NCBI GenBank assembly: GCA_046160785.1
Contig: JBJXHE010000071.1
Coordinates: 69,812 to 133,811 of the forward strand
Reading direction: 5' to 3'
From: Planctomycetota bacterium
Lineage (GTDB): Bacteria > Planctomycetota > UBA1135 > JACQFD01
DNA: 64,000 bases
Below the pieces are notes generated by a model. The model was not told the DNA's origin. It did not search any database and was given only the letters and a program-made list of their open reading frames with translations. The first letter of the stretch is position 1. Each line of letters starts with the position of its first letter. The translations under genes and the position numbers were made by a program. Positions 1 to 8,761 of this stretch are shown in pieces.

Positions 1-1163
1 TTTATTTACGGCGCAGTCCCGAAAAGGCCGTCCGCACGATATTAAGAATCGGCGTTTACGAATTGATATATCTTGAACGCATGCCGCCGCACGCAATTGT
101 ATCGGAATCTGTAGCCGTGGCCGGCCGCCGTATTTCGGGCCCGACCGCCGGATTTGTAAACGCGGTTTTGCGAGCGATCTCGAATGAGATTTCGTTCGAA
201 CCTTTACAATCCTACCGGCCGGCGCGCGATCGATTTCCCGCCGAAACGCGCGTCGCGGTTTTCGCGCGCGCCGTGCTGCCCGACCCGATGACAAATCCCA
301 CGGGCTACCTCGCGGCAATTCATACATTACCGCCGTTTTTAGTAGAAAGATGGCGCGCGCGTTTCGGCGATCGCGGCGCAGCCGATGCGTTCCGCGCGAG
401 CAACGACCGGCCAGCGTTAATGTTAAGAGTAAACACGGAAGTGATGAGCCGCGACGCGTTAATTGAAGCATTGCGCGAGCGCGGATTCGCGGCGGTTCCC
501 AGCGAACATCCATTATCATTAAGATTGCCGTCGCGCGCCGACGGATTATTTGATTGTGATGAATTTAAGAAAGGCGCGTTTGTGCTCCAGGATGAAACGC
601 AAATGAAAGTGGCCGACCTCATTGCGCCGAAAGCTAAAGAAAAAATATTAGATTTGTGCGCGGCGCCCGGCGGCAAAGCGACCCACCTTGCCCAACTTGC
701 TAATGATAAAGCCGAGATCGTCGCCGTCGACCGTTCCGAAGATCGTATCAAAAGAATTCGCGACAACGCGGATCGTTTACAATTGAAATCAATTCGAACG
801 CACGCGCTCGATGCTACGATTATTCCCGTTCCCGGCGGGCCGTTCGACGCCGTGCTCGTCGACGCGCCGTGTTCGAATACAGGTGTTCTCGCTCGGCGCC
901 CCGAAGCGCGCTGGCGGGTCGACACCATTAGTTTAATGAAAAATCAGCATCATCAAATTCGATTGTTAACATCGGGGATTCTTTCAGCAAAACCTGGCGG
1001 AAGAATTGTGTATTCCACGTGCTCCGTCGAACCCGAGGAGAACGAAGCCGTTGTTAAGAATATTTGCGAAACGCAAGGCCTCGCAACGTTAGTAAGCCAG
1101 GAAACCGTCGCGCCTGCTCCAGGCCGCGAAGGTGGATTCTTCGCTCTCATGACCCGGAAATAG
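1..1163 (+). CDS. rsmB: 16S rRNA m5C methyltransferase, RsmB/Sun (NOL1/NOP2) family; 5' end lies outside the window
   Basis: Frame 3 is open from nt 3 (LRIGVYELIYLERMPPHA = end of the NusB-like domain). SAM-methyltransferase motifs LDLCAAPGGKATHLA, VLVDAPCSNTGV and IVYSTCSVEPEENE. Stop at 1161-1163. Confidence 0.85.
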   Translation, partial: YLRRSPEKAVRTILRIGVYELIYLERMPPHAIVSESVAVAGRRISGPTAGFVNAVLRAISNEISFEPLQSYRPARDRFPAETRVAVFARAVLPDPMTNPTGYLAAIHTLPPFLVERWRARFGDRGAADAFRASNDRPALMLRVNTEVMSRDALIEALRERGFAAVPSEHPLSLRLPSRADGLFDCDEFKKGAFVLQDETQMKVADLIAPKAKEKILDLCAAPGGKATHLAQLANDKAEIVAVDRSEDRIKRIRDNADRLQLKSIRTHALDATIIPVPGGPFDAVLVDAPCSNTGVLARRPEARWRVDTISLMKNQHHQIRLLTSGILSAKPGGRIVYSTCSVEPEENEAVVKNICETQGLATLVSQETVAPAPGREGGFFALMTRK

Positions 1164-1186
1164 TTCATACAATAAAAATAAATATT

Positions 1187-2005
1187 ATGAAACCGTTTCA
1201 ACCACGCGGCGCGTTTGTCTTAGTAACGGGCGCGTCGGCGGGCATCGGCAAAGCAACCGCCATCGCGCTCGAAAAAGCGGGCGCTCGCCTCGCGCTCGCC
1301 GCGCGCGACATGGATCGTTTAAATGCGCTGCGCGCAACATTTCAATTGCCGGGCGAACACGTGCCCGTCCGGCTCGATGTAACAGATCCGAAATCGGTCG
1401 ACGCGGCGTATAAAGAAATCGAAGGCCGTTTTGGTAAACTTGACGGAATTGTAGCGAACGCAGGCGTCGGCGGCTGGTTTTCCGTTCACGAAACGCCCGA
1501 AGATGAAATGCGCCGAATCTTTGAGACGAATGTTTACGGCGTGATTCGTTGCATTCGCGGCGCCGTCCCATTACTAAAAAAAGCAGGCGGCGGAACGATT
1601 GTTATTGTTTCATCCGTCGTTGGCCGCCGCGGCGTTCCAGGAATGGGAATTTACTCGGCGAGTAAATTTGCATTGCACGGCCTCGCCGACTCGGCGCGCA
1701 TCGAGCTGCGGCCCGACAATATTGATGTCTCTGTTATTTGCCCCGCGTTAACAAAAACGGAATTCCATCCGCGCGGCACCGGCGAAAAGGGCGCCGCCCC
1801 CGGCCCGAACGAAGGCGAGTCGTCGGAAGCGGTCGCCGCCGGAATTGTTAGTTTATTACAATCCGGCAAACCCGAAGCGCACCGGTTCGGGGCGCTTAAC
1901 CCAAAACGCTGGGCTGGAATTGTTACACAAATCGCGCCGCGCTTTATGGATAAACAATTGGAGTCTTATTATGCAGCGCGGAAAGCGGCGGCGGAGAAAA
2001 GATAA
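1187..2005 (+). CDS. short-chain dehydrogenase/reductase (SDR)
   Basis: ATG at 1187 inside ORF 1064..2005. Cofactor motif VLVTGASAGIGKA, NAG motif (VANAGVG), catalytic YSASK. Confidence 0.85.
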   Translation: MKPFQPRGAFVLVTGASAGIGKATAIALEKAGARLALAARDMDRLNALRATFQLPGEHVPVRLDVTDPKSVDAAYKEIEGRFGKLDGIVANAGVGGWFSVHETPEDEMRRIFETNVYGVIRCIRGAVPLLKKAGGGTIVIVSSVVGRRGVPGMGIYSASKFALHGLADSARIELRPDNIDVSVICPALTKTEFHPRGTGEKGAAPGPNEGESSEAVAAGIVSLLQSGKPEAHRFGALNPKRWAGIVTQIAPRFMDKQLESYYAARKAAAEKR

Positions 2006-2031
2006 TAAATAGTACGGTAACGTTAAACATC

Positions 2032-2060
2032 GGGCCGGCAATCGCCGGCCCGTTTTGTTT
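2032..2060 (+). terminator. rho-independent terminator between convergent SDR and peroxiredoxin genes
   Basis: Perfect 8-bp GC stem GGGCCGGC (2032-2039) / GCCGGCCC (2044-2051), loop AATC, followed by GTTTTGTTTT. Confidence 0.6.
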
Positions 2061-2084
2061 TATCTAGCTACTCGAATCTAACGA

Positions 2085-2564
2085 TTACTTCAACGCCTTC
2101 TGTATATCCGCGAAACTGGGGATTTGCTTGGCGTCATCGCTGACCCACGCGTATTTTACAGTTCCGTTCATATCAATAACGAACGCGGAACGCTTGCTGA
2201 CGCCTTTATAACCAATCAATTCCGCGTACATCGCTCCGTACGCATTTGAAACTTCTTTGTTAAAATCGGAAACGATGGGGAAATTTAGTTTAAGCTCTTT
2301 TGCCCATGCTTTTTGTGCAAAGGGATTATCGACGGAGATACCAATGACTTGCGCTTTCAAATCGTTATAATGCGAAATGGAGTCGCGCACTTCGCACATT
2401 TCCGTCGTGCACACGGGCGTGTAAACGAGCGGGAAGAATAGTAAGACTACATTTTTTTTGCCGCGGAATTGTGAAAGAGTGAACTCTTCCATCTGCGCGG
2501 CTTCGGGGCTCGCGAATCCTTTTAATTTAAAATCAGGAGCGGAGCTTCCAACAGTGATTGCCAT
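2085..2564 (-). CDS. peroxiredoxin (AhpC/TSA-redoxin family)
   Basis: Start MAITVGSSAPDF at ATG 2564 inside ORF 2085..2810. Peroxidatic Cys context FFPLVYTPVCTTE. Confidence 0.85.
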   Translation of the reverse strand: MAITVGSSAPDFKLKGFASPEAAQMEEFTLSQFRGKKNVVLLFFPLVYTPVCTTEMCEVRDSISHYNDLKAQVIGISVDNPFAQKAWAKELKLNFPIVSDFNKEVSNAYGAMYAELIGYKGVSKRSAFVIDMNGTVKYAWVSDDAKQIPSFADIQKALK

Positions 2565-2675
2565 GTCTAGCCTCTTTTTTAGTAAGTATGGGAGTTTCAG
2601 TAGGGGTTTTCTAAATGAGCGGGAATTGTACGCGAGCGGCGGCGGAACGTCCCGAGGCTCGCATCGCGACGGCTC

Positions 2676-3542
2676 TTGCCGCACGATAGGCGGGTGCTCC
2701 GGTATTCTTACAATACGAACGGTTTTGCGCACCACCGTCTCGAGGACGCGATCTCGATCATTCGTGATCTCGGCTACGCGGGGATCGGAATCACGCTCGA
2801 CGTTCATCATATCAATCCGTTTGAAGTGCGGACCCGCGAACTCGACCGCTGGCGAAAGCTACTAAACGGTCTCGAAGTTGTGATTCAAACGGGGGCGCGA
2901 TTTCTTCTCGATCCGCGTCGAAAGCACGAACCGACATTATTAACAAACGAACCGGAAGGCCGCGCGCTTCGCGTCGCATTTCTCGAACGCGCGATCGAAA
3001 TCGGCGCGGAGCTCGGGGCGACATCTGTATCATTCTGGTCGGGCGCCGCGCCGGCCGGCGTCGCGGAAGCGGAACTACAAAACCGCCTCGCCGACGGGTG
3101 CTCGCGTATTTGTGAAAAGGCCGGGGCCGCCGGAATTTCATTAGCGTTTGAACCGGAGCCCGGAATGTGGATTGAGCGCGTCGATCAATATCAACAAATC
3201 CGGGATCGCGTCGCGAGGCCCGAGCTCGGCCTCGCGCTCGACGTGGGGCATCTCGCGGTCACAGGCGAAGACCTCGATGCGGTTTTGTTAAACTACAGTT
3301 CCGAACTCCGAATTGTACAAATCGAAGATATCCGCGACCGCGTGCACAATCACCTGATGTTCGGCGAAGGCGAACTCGACTTCGTGCGGATTCTCGGCGC
3401 GTTTGAAAAGTATCAATATCGCGGACTTCTCGAATGCGAACTCTCACGAGACAGCCACCGCGCACCGACTTGCGCCGCCGAAGCAATTCGATTTTTACAA
3501 AAAGCCGAAACCGCCGCGCGATCGCAAAAAAAAGAGAAGTAG
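2676..3542 (+). CDS. sugar phosphate isomerase/epimerase (xylose-isomerase-like TIM barrel)
   Basis: 288-aa ORF with family-typical segments YSYNTNGF, LAFEPEPGMW, ALDVGHL, IEDI..RVHNHLMFGEG. The true start may be GTG 2694 rather than TTG 2676. Confidence 0.75.
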   Translation: MPHDRRVLRYSYNTNGFAHHRLEDAISIIRDLGYAGIGITLDVHHINPFEVRTRELDRWRKLLNGLEVVIQTGARFLLDPRRKHEPTLLTNEPEGRALRVAFLERAIEIGAELGATSVSFWSGAAPAGVAEAELQNRLADGCSRICEKAGAAGISLAFEPEPGMWIERVDQYQQIRDRVARPELGLALDVGHLAVTGEDLDAVLLNYSSELRIVQIEDIRDRVHNHLMFGEGELDFVRILGAFEKYQYRGLLECELSRDSHRAPTCAAEAIRFLQKAETAARSQKKEK

Positions 3543-3697
3543 TATCGGCCCCTTCAATTCGGTACGTTGCGCGTCCGCGCGCTGGAAAACCCACCATTCG
3601 CAACTCAACAATCTCAACTTCGCATTCGCTCTCCTCTGCGCGGAATCGTATCGGACCTGCTAATAAACCCGCCGAACTAAACCCGAGGGTTGTCCAA

Positions 3698-4162
3698 ATG
3701 ATAGGTAAAGGTCCCGCTGTTAAAACTGTAACGACAAAAGTATTGACTACAATAACTCCCGCGCGACCGAACCATGGTTCCGCCGGTGCGGAATTGTTGG
3801 GTTCTTCGAACACTCATAATAACGGCGAAGCGAAAGGCTGCGACGACCGCGTTTGTCCGACGCGGGTGTCAGCCGCGCCGACGCTTATCGCGCACAAGAT
3901 TACAATTCCCGAGTGCCAGAAGCGCCAGCGAGAGAGTTATCATAAATGTTGGACGTGCGCGCATCGCAACCTCTCACCCTTTCATGCTGCCGCGCCGGCG
4001 AAAAACGGCGCGCACACGAATGGTATTGTTAAGAGCAACGGAATTGTTAAGAACGGCGAGCACAGCCACTCAAATGGATCCAACACAAATGGAAACAACG
4101 GAAGCGCCAGAAACGGCTCATCCAAAAACGGTGCGCCAAAATTCGGTTCTGTCCGCCCTTAA
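3698..4162 (+). CDS. hypothetical small protein: five-Cys segment plus Asn/Gly-rich C-terminal tail
   Basis: ATG 3698 preceded by GAGGG (3685-3689). Host-like codons. Cys pattern C-x5-C-x19-C-x11-C-x2-C. Tail NGIVKSNGIVKNGEHSHSNGSNTNGNNGSARNGSSKNG. No family recognised, and a competing antisense ORF exists. Confidence 0.3.
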   Translation: MIGKGPAVKTVTTKVLTTITPARPNHGSAGAELLGSSNTHNNGEAKGCDDRVCPTRVSAAPTLIAHKITIPECQKRQRESYHKCWTCAHRNLSPFHAAAPAKNGAHTNGIVKSNGIVKNGEHSHSNGSNTNGNNGSARNGSSKNGAPKFGSVRP

Positions 4163-4200
4163 ATAATATTAACGATCATTCGCCGAAGCGCCTCGCGGTG

Positions 4201-5442
4201 CTACGTTCCCGCGAGCGACTCCGCAATCTCGTCTTCTGTTAATAATCGCGTTGAGTTTTTGGCCCGGTCGAGAAGGCGTTTAATTCTTTCTTCAGTCGGC
4301 TCCAGGCCGCGAAGTTCGAGCAGGAATATTGCATTGCTCTTTCCGCTCATCGGGCCGAGCCCGATTTTTTGTGATAATCCAAAATCGTCGGCAGGAACTC
4401 CGCTGTAGACGCGGTTCGCGAGCCACGTGTCTTTCATACGAAAAGCCTTAACAACTGCGGCCGCGTGAACGCCCGTTCCCGTTTCAAAAGCATCACTACC
4501 AAAAACCGGATAATTGTGAGGAATAGGACATTTCAGCGCGCGCGACGCGGATTCTACATATCCGCGCAGCGGGCGAAGGTCGCGGTCGATCCAGCCGAGA
4601 AGTTTTAAATTTACTAAAAGCAAATCCATTTCGGCGTTGCCCGCGCGTTCGCCGACGCCGAGCGCCGAACCGTGAATGCGCTCCGCGCCCGCTTCAATGG
4701 CAGCAATACAATTCATGAGTCCGAGGCCGCGGTCGCGGTGCCCGTGCCAGTCAATTTTAACATCGGCGCCGGTCGATTTAACAATTTCCTTAATGTAATG
4801 AATGAGCGCGCGCACGCCGTCGGGCGTCGAATGTCCGCATGTATCACAAACGCAAATGCGTTTCGCGCCTTCTTCGATAGCCGTTAAGTAAAGAGCGCGA
4901 ACCGTGTCGGGATGTGCGCGCGTCGTGTCTTCTGTTACAAACATGCACGGCAAATTGTTTTGTTTACAAAACGCGACTGCCGTTTTCACGTTTTTTAACA
5001 TATCTGATAATTCCCAGCCTTCGGCGTATTGACGAATCGGCGACGACCCAATGAACGTGCAGACTTCGAGCGGGAATCCTAACTTTTGCACGAGCTCCGC
5101 GGCGGGCGCGATATCTGTTACAAGCGTTCGGCATGCTACATTTGCCGCGATCTTTAACTTTTCGTCGCGGATCGTTTTTACTAATGTTGAAATGTGCTCG
5201 CGCGCGCGTACGCCGGCGCCCGGCAGGCCGACGTCAACGGTATTGATGCCGAGCTGATCCATGCGACGAATGAGGTCAACTTTGTCATCAATTTCGGGAT
5301 CGTTCGCCGAGGGCGATTGCAAACCATCGCGCAGCGTTTCGTCGTCGAGTTCGACAGTCCGCAAGCGCGGACCCACCGGCGCCGCGACGAGATTCCAGTC
5401 GTAAATGAGTTCGTTTTGTTGCTTTTGACCGTTTGTAGACAT
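4201..5442 (-). CDS. HMGL-like (LeuA/NifV family) 2-oxoacid:acetyl-CoA aldol-type synthase; short form without the LeuA regulatory domain
   Basis: LDDETLRDGLQS near the N-terminus. Metal-site region IDWHGHRDRGLGLMNCIAAIEAGAERIHGSALGVGERAGNAEMD. Confidence 0.7.
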   Translation of the reverse strand: MSTNGQKQQNELIYDWNLVAAPVGPRLRTVELDDETLRDGLQSPSANDPEIDDKVDLIRRMDQLGINTVDVGLPGAGVRAREHISTLVKTIRDEKLKIAANVACRTLVTDIAPAAELVQKLGFPLEVCTFIGSSPIRQYAEGWELSDMLKNVKTAVAFCKQNNLPCMFVTEDTTRAHPDTVRALYLTAIEEGAKRICVCDTCGHSTPDGVRALIHYIKEIVKSTGADVKIDWHGHRDRGLGLMNCIAAIEAGAERIHGSALGVGERAGNAEMDLLLVNLKLLGWIDRDLRPLRGYVESASRALKCPIPHNYPVFGSDAFETGTGVHAAAVVKAFRMKDTWLANRVYSGVPADDFGLSQKIGLGPMSGKSNAIFLLELRGLEPTEERIKRLLDRAKNSTRLLTEDEIAESLAGT

Positions 5443-5557
5443 TCGAGACGCTAAAAGATTCTAAGTGTAGATGTATAGAATTCGTATTCTCACAAACTCA
5501 TAGTTCTGCCGCCATTGATTTGTAGCGGTCAACCACTCGAAACCGAAAGGAACTGCT

Positions 5558-6874
5558 TTGTCTATTGTTATGAAATTCGGCGGCACGTCGGTCGCCGACG
5601 CCCTTCATATTCGTGAAGTTGCTCGAATTGTGCGCGAGCGGCTCGATCGAAAACCGGTCGTCATCGTGTCGGCGCACACGGGCGTCACCGATCAACTCGA
5701 TCAGCTCGCGCGCGCGGCCGTCGCTGGAAAAGCCGACGTGAAACCGCTCGTCGATCGGCATGTAACGATTCTGCGTGACCTCGAGCTGAAACCCGAATTG
5801 TTAGATTCATTGCTCGCGGAATTAGAAACATTGCTGCGCGGCATCGCGCTCGTGCGCGAGCTCTCGGCGCGCACGCTCGATTTAGTGCATTCCTTCGGAG
5901 AGCGGCTTTCGGCGCGCAGTGTCGCGGCGCATTTTACTAATACGGGTTTGCCATCTGTAGCGATGGACGCGTTCGACGCGGGGCTCTTAACCGATTCTAA
6001 TTATGGGCGCGCGCGGCCGCTGCCCGAGGCGGAGCGCCGGATTTTTGAATCATTACAAAAAGTGTCCGGCGTGCCCGTGATCACCGGATATATTGGTAAA
6101 GATATAAATGGACATATCACAACTCTTGGCCGTAATGGTAGTGATTACTCCGCGGCGATTTTCGGCAATGCCATCAATGCTGAAGAAATACAAATATGGA
6201 CCGACGTCGACGGCGTGATGACCGCCGACCCGCGCGTCGTTTCGGATGCGAGCAGCGTCCCCGAAATGACGTATGAGGAAGCCGGAGAATTAGCATACTA
6301 CGGAGGAAAAGTGTTACATCCGGCGACCATTCAGCCGGCCGTTGCTAAGAATATTCCCGTGCGCGTATTGAATACAAAACGGTCCGTGTCGCCGGGAACG
6401 TTAATAGAAGGAAAAGTGCCGGGCGTTCCGCGGCCGGTGACTTCGATTACATCGCGCCGCGGCGTCGCCATGTTAAATGTATTATCGATGCGCATGCTCG
6501 GGCAGAGCGGATTCATGTCGCGTTTATTTGAAGAATTCGGAAAACACGAAATTATTATTGATCACATCGCGACGTCGGAAGTTTCTGTAACATTAACGAC
6601 CGACTCGAAAGCCAACCTCGAAAAGGTACAAAAAGCGCTCGTCGACGTCGCCGACGTCCAGTTCGAACGCGGCAAAGCTACAGTTTCGATCGTCGGCCGC
6701 GGTATGCGCACGCATCCGGAAGTCGTCCCGATTATATTAACAACACTTCACAAATCCGGCATTGCGCCACAATTAATTACACAATCCGCGCTGCGCACGA
6801 GTTTGTCATTCTTAGTCGAAGAAGCGGAGGCGGCGCCGGCCGTGAAGGCGCTGCATCAGGCGCTGTTTGAGTAA
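5558..6874 (+). CDS. lysC: aspartate kinase
   Basis: MKFGGTSVAD N-terminus. TLGRNGSDYSAA and IWTDVDGVMTADPR motifs. C-terminal ACT-like region. Start is TTG 5558 or ATG 5570. Confidence 0.9.
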   Translation: MSIVMKFGGTSVADALHIREVARIVRERLDRKPVVIVSAHTGVTDQLDQLARAAVAGKADVKPLVDRHVTILRDLELKPELLDSLLAELETLLRGIALVRELSARTLDLVHSFGERLSARSVAAHFTNTGLPSVAMDAFDAGLLTDSNYGRARPLPEAERRIFESLQKVSGVPVITGYIGKDINGHITTLGRNGSDYSAAIFGNAINAEEIQIWTDVDGVMTADPRVVSDASSVPEMTYEEAGELAYYGGKVLHPATIQPAVAKNIPVRVLNTKRSVSPGTLIEGKVPGVPRPVTSITSRRGVAMLNVLSMRMLGQSGFMSRLFEEFGKHEIIIDHIATSEVSVTLTTDSKANLEKVQKALVDVADVQFERGKATVSIVGRGMRTHPEVVPIILTTLHKSGIAPQLITQSALRTSLSFLVEEAEAAPAVKALHQALFE

Positions 6875-7137
6875 GTGAAGAAAGTTGCTCATTTATTACA
6901 CAATCGCGCTTGCTAATATTTCTAAGAATCGCTTGGATCGCGGGAGCGCAGATTTTTGTAGTTATTATATCAACGCTCGCGTTGCCTATTTGTCATATTG
7001 CTAATTTACATGAATATGGCCCTCTGGCCGTCATAGTTCCGTCGGCGTGGATTTCAGTTTTGAACGGATACCTGTTGGCGGTTTTGAAGTTTGGTCGAAC
7101 TGCTTCGAGAGTTATTGTATGTATAATGTTAGCCTTT

Positions 7138-7413
7138 TCATATATCACCGGAAAGGTGATCTGGACCTACATCGGACGGAGATTCATAGACTGTTTTATC
7201 TGCTTTGAGAGCGAACACGATGTCGCAGTTTTTAAGAACGGATCGAAGGTTCGCCTTTCCGAAGTTTTTGCCAGTATGAACATGTAGTTCATCAGCCGGC
7301 TTAATCACAATAAACGGTTTATTATATTTTGTGATTAAGACCTCTCCGGAGGCAGCCTTTGCGATGACTAACGAAAGTCTCTTCTTTAGATCTTGGATTG
7401 AAAACTTTCTCAT
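7138..7413 (-). CDS. Phd/YefM-like antitoxin-family small protein (orphan; no intact toxin seen)
   Basis: N-terminal 45 aa MRKFSIQDLKKRLSLVIAKAASGEVLITKYNKPFIVIKPADE fit the prevent-host-death fold signature. The gene lies in a CpG-poor, AT-richer islet. Confidence 0.5.
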   Translation of the reverse strand: MRKFSIQDLKKRLSLVIAKAASGEVLITKYNKPFIVIKPADELHVHTGKNFGKANLRSVLKNCDIVFALKADKTVYESPSDVGPDHLSGDI

Positions 7414-7428
7414 TTCGAAAGACTAATA

Positions 7429-8586
7429 CTACTGCTTCCTTCCCTGATGCCCCGACGAAGGGCCGTCATCGCCGCCGCCCGCGAGATCGCGATAGAAGCG
7501 CGCGGACGAGTCGAGGTCGCGAAGATACAAATGGAAATCGATGCGTTCGTCGGGGGCGATGTCGCGGCCGACCAAATCTTCACCGAGAATTCGATCTTTC
7601 ACCCAATCGGCGAGAACCATCCGCGCCGGAGCTTCGCGTTCGTCGTCGTGGACTTCGCGTTTTGTTATGATTCCGCGCGATATTAATACGGATTCGGGGC
7701 CGAACATTTTTCGGCGGCGTAACAAATCTTCTTCATCGCGGCTCATCATTTGTAATAATTCGACGACTTCGAGCGACGGCTCGCCTTCAAACAATTCCGC
7801 AAATAACAAATCGATGACGACGAGCGTTTCCTCGGCCGTCAATGCTAATTCTTTTTGAAAACCGACCATCGGCAAACGCTCGGGGCTCGGCGTTGCTAAC
7901 AAATCCTGCTCGATGTGGCGTGCAATGTGACGAATCTTTCTATCAATTCGACGGCGGTCGCCGCGAGAGGGCTTCTGGCCCTCGGGATCGGGCGGTCCAA
8001 AAATAGCGTGCGCGCGGCGCCGGCAAAATTCGGCGAGCGCGCGAAGATCTAACAAATATTCGCGATTACTACGATACGGCTGCGCGGTGCGCGTCGCTTT
8101 CTTAGCTTTCGGTTTTTCGTCGGCGCCAGGATCATAAAAGAACTGCGCGACGGGATCCGCGAGGCGAAAACGCACATCGAGCGGATCGTGTCCGCTTTTC
8201 GGACGCTCGGTTATAACAATTCCCGCGGTGCGCAGCGTCGAGCTCGAACTGAGAACGCTAATTAAACTAAGTTTAGTAAACGAATCGCCGGAGACGCGAT
8301 CTAACAATTCGCGTCCGGTGAGCCACGGCGTCGCGGGGTCGACGTACTGCCGCAGCAATACAACTAAAAACTCCGCTTCATCAATATTAATTTTCTGATC
8401 GCCGGGAACTTCCGACAGCGAGCCCGAAGCGGTTTCCTTTTCGAGGAACGCGCGCAACTCGGCGCGTTTGCTCGCGATTTCCGCCTGCGTCGAAGACGCG
8501 CCGTCCGTTTTTGTACGAAGCGAGAGCAGCTCGTCATACAGACCGAGAATGGCCTTCCAGATCGTTCCCGGATGGTGTTCGGTCAT
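7429..8586 (-). CDS. hypothetical protein with two related internal modules
   Basis: 385-aa ORF. Module 1 is IDEAEFLVVLLRQY...LLDRV; module 2 is LTAEETLVVIDLLFAEL...VELLQMM. No catalytic motif recognised. Confidence 0.6.
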   Translation of the reverse strand: MTEHHPGTIWKAILGLYDELLSLRTKTDGASSTQAEIASKRAELRAFLEKETASGSLSEVPGDQKINIDEAEFLVVLLRQYVDPATPWLTGRELLDRVSGDSFTKLSLISVLSSSSTLRTAGIVITERPKSGHDPLDVRFRLADPVAQFFYDPGADEKPKAKKATRTAQPYRSNREYLLDLRALAEFCRRRAHAIFGPPDPEGQKPSRGDRRRIDRKIRHIARHIEQDLLATPSPERLPMVGFQKELALTAEETLVVIDLLFAELFEGEPSLEVVELLQMMSRDEEDLLRRRKMFGPESVLISRGIITKREVHDDEREAPARMVLADWVKDRILGEDLVGRDIAPDERIDFHLYLRDLDSSARFYRDLAGGGDDGPSSGHQGRKQ

Positions 8587-8761
8587 GGGAGATTCTCCAC
8601 GAGTTGGATCGGGTACATCGTTCAGAGGTGGTTTTCGAAAACTGAGGATTCGCTACTGAATCAACGGCGTTCGTTGAAAAAGTATAGCTTGAAGAAACGC
8701 GAAGGCCTGCGACCTTTCTCGAACCGCTGACCCGCCGAGCCGAAATCAAAATTGATCCATC

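Noticed and set aside
320-928. Long antisense ORFs opposite well-supported genes (e.g. 320..928, 15928..16386, 37390..37773, 38542..39069, 52662..53117, 54662..55174, 57434..58270)
   Set aside because: Their Arg/Ser/Ala/Pro-rich, motif-free translations are typical of shadow frames in CpG-rich coding DNA. Each fully overlaps a gene with clear family motifs.
3259-3813. 184-aa minus-strand ORF whose first ~60 residues look like two transmembrane helices
   Set aside because: It would overlap the well-supported convergent isomerase gene by 283 nt. It starts at a GTG without an SD, and its C-terminal two-thirds are Arg-rich shadow sequence. It is kept only as an alternative in the finding on 3543-4200.
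5443-5557. Possible lysine riboswitch (L-box) upstream of lysC
   Set aside because: Only 115 nt are shared with a divergent gene, which is too short for an L-box. I see none of its conserved helices or motifs.
6910-7287. 125-aa hydrophobic plus-strand ORF downstream of lysC
   Set aside because: It has a TTG start, is rich in ATA/AGA/CTA codons that neighbouring genes rarely use, and overlaps the Phd-like ORF antisense by 150 nt. Hydrophobic translations are expected from T-rich strands. It is not excluded, but it is not supportable as a gene.
8631-8642. 12-bp perfect palindrome GTTTTCGAAAAC in the divergent region upstream of lepB, considered as an operator
   Set aside because: It is a single short palindrome with no second copy or partner regulator gene in the window, so it is plausibly chance.
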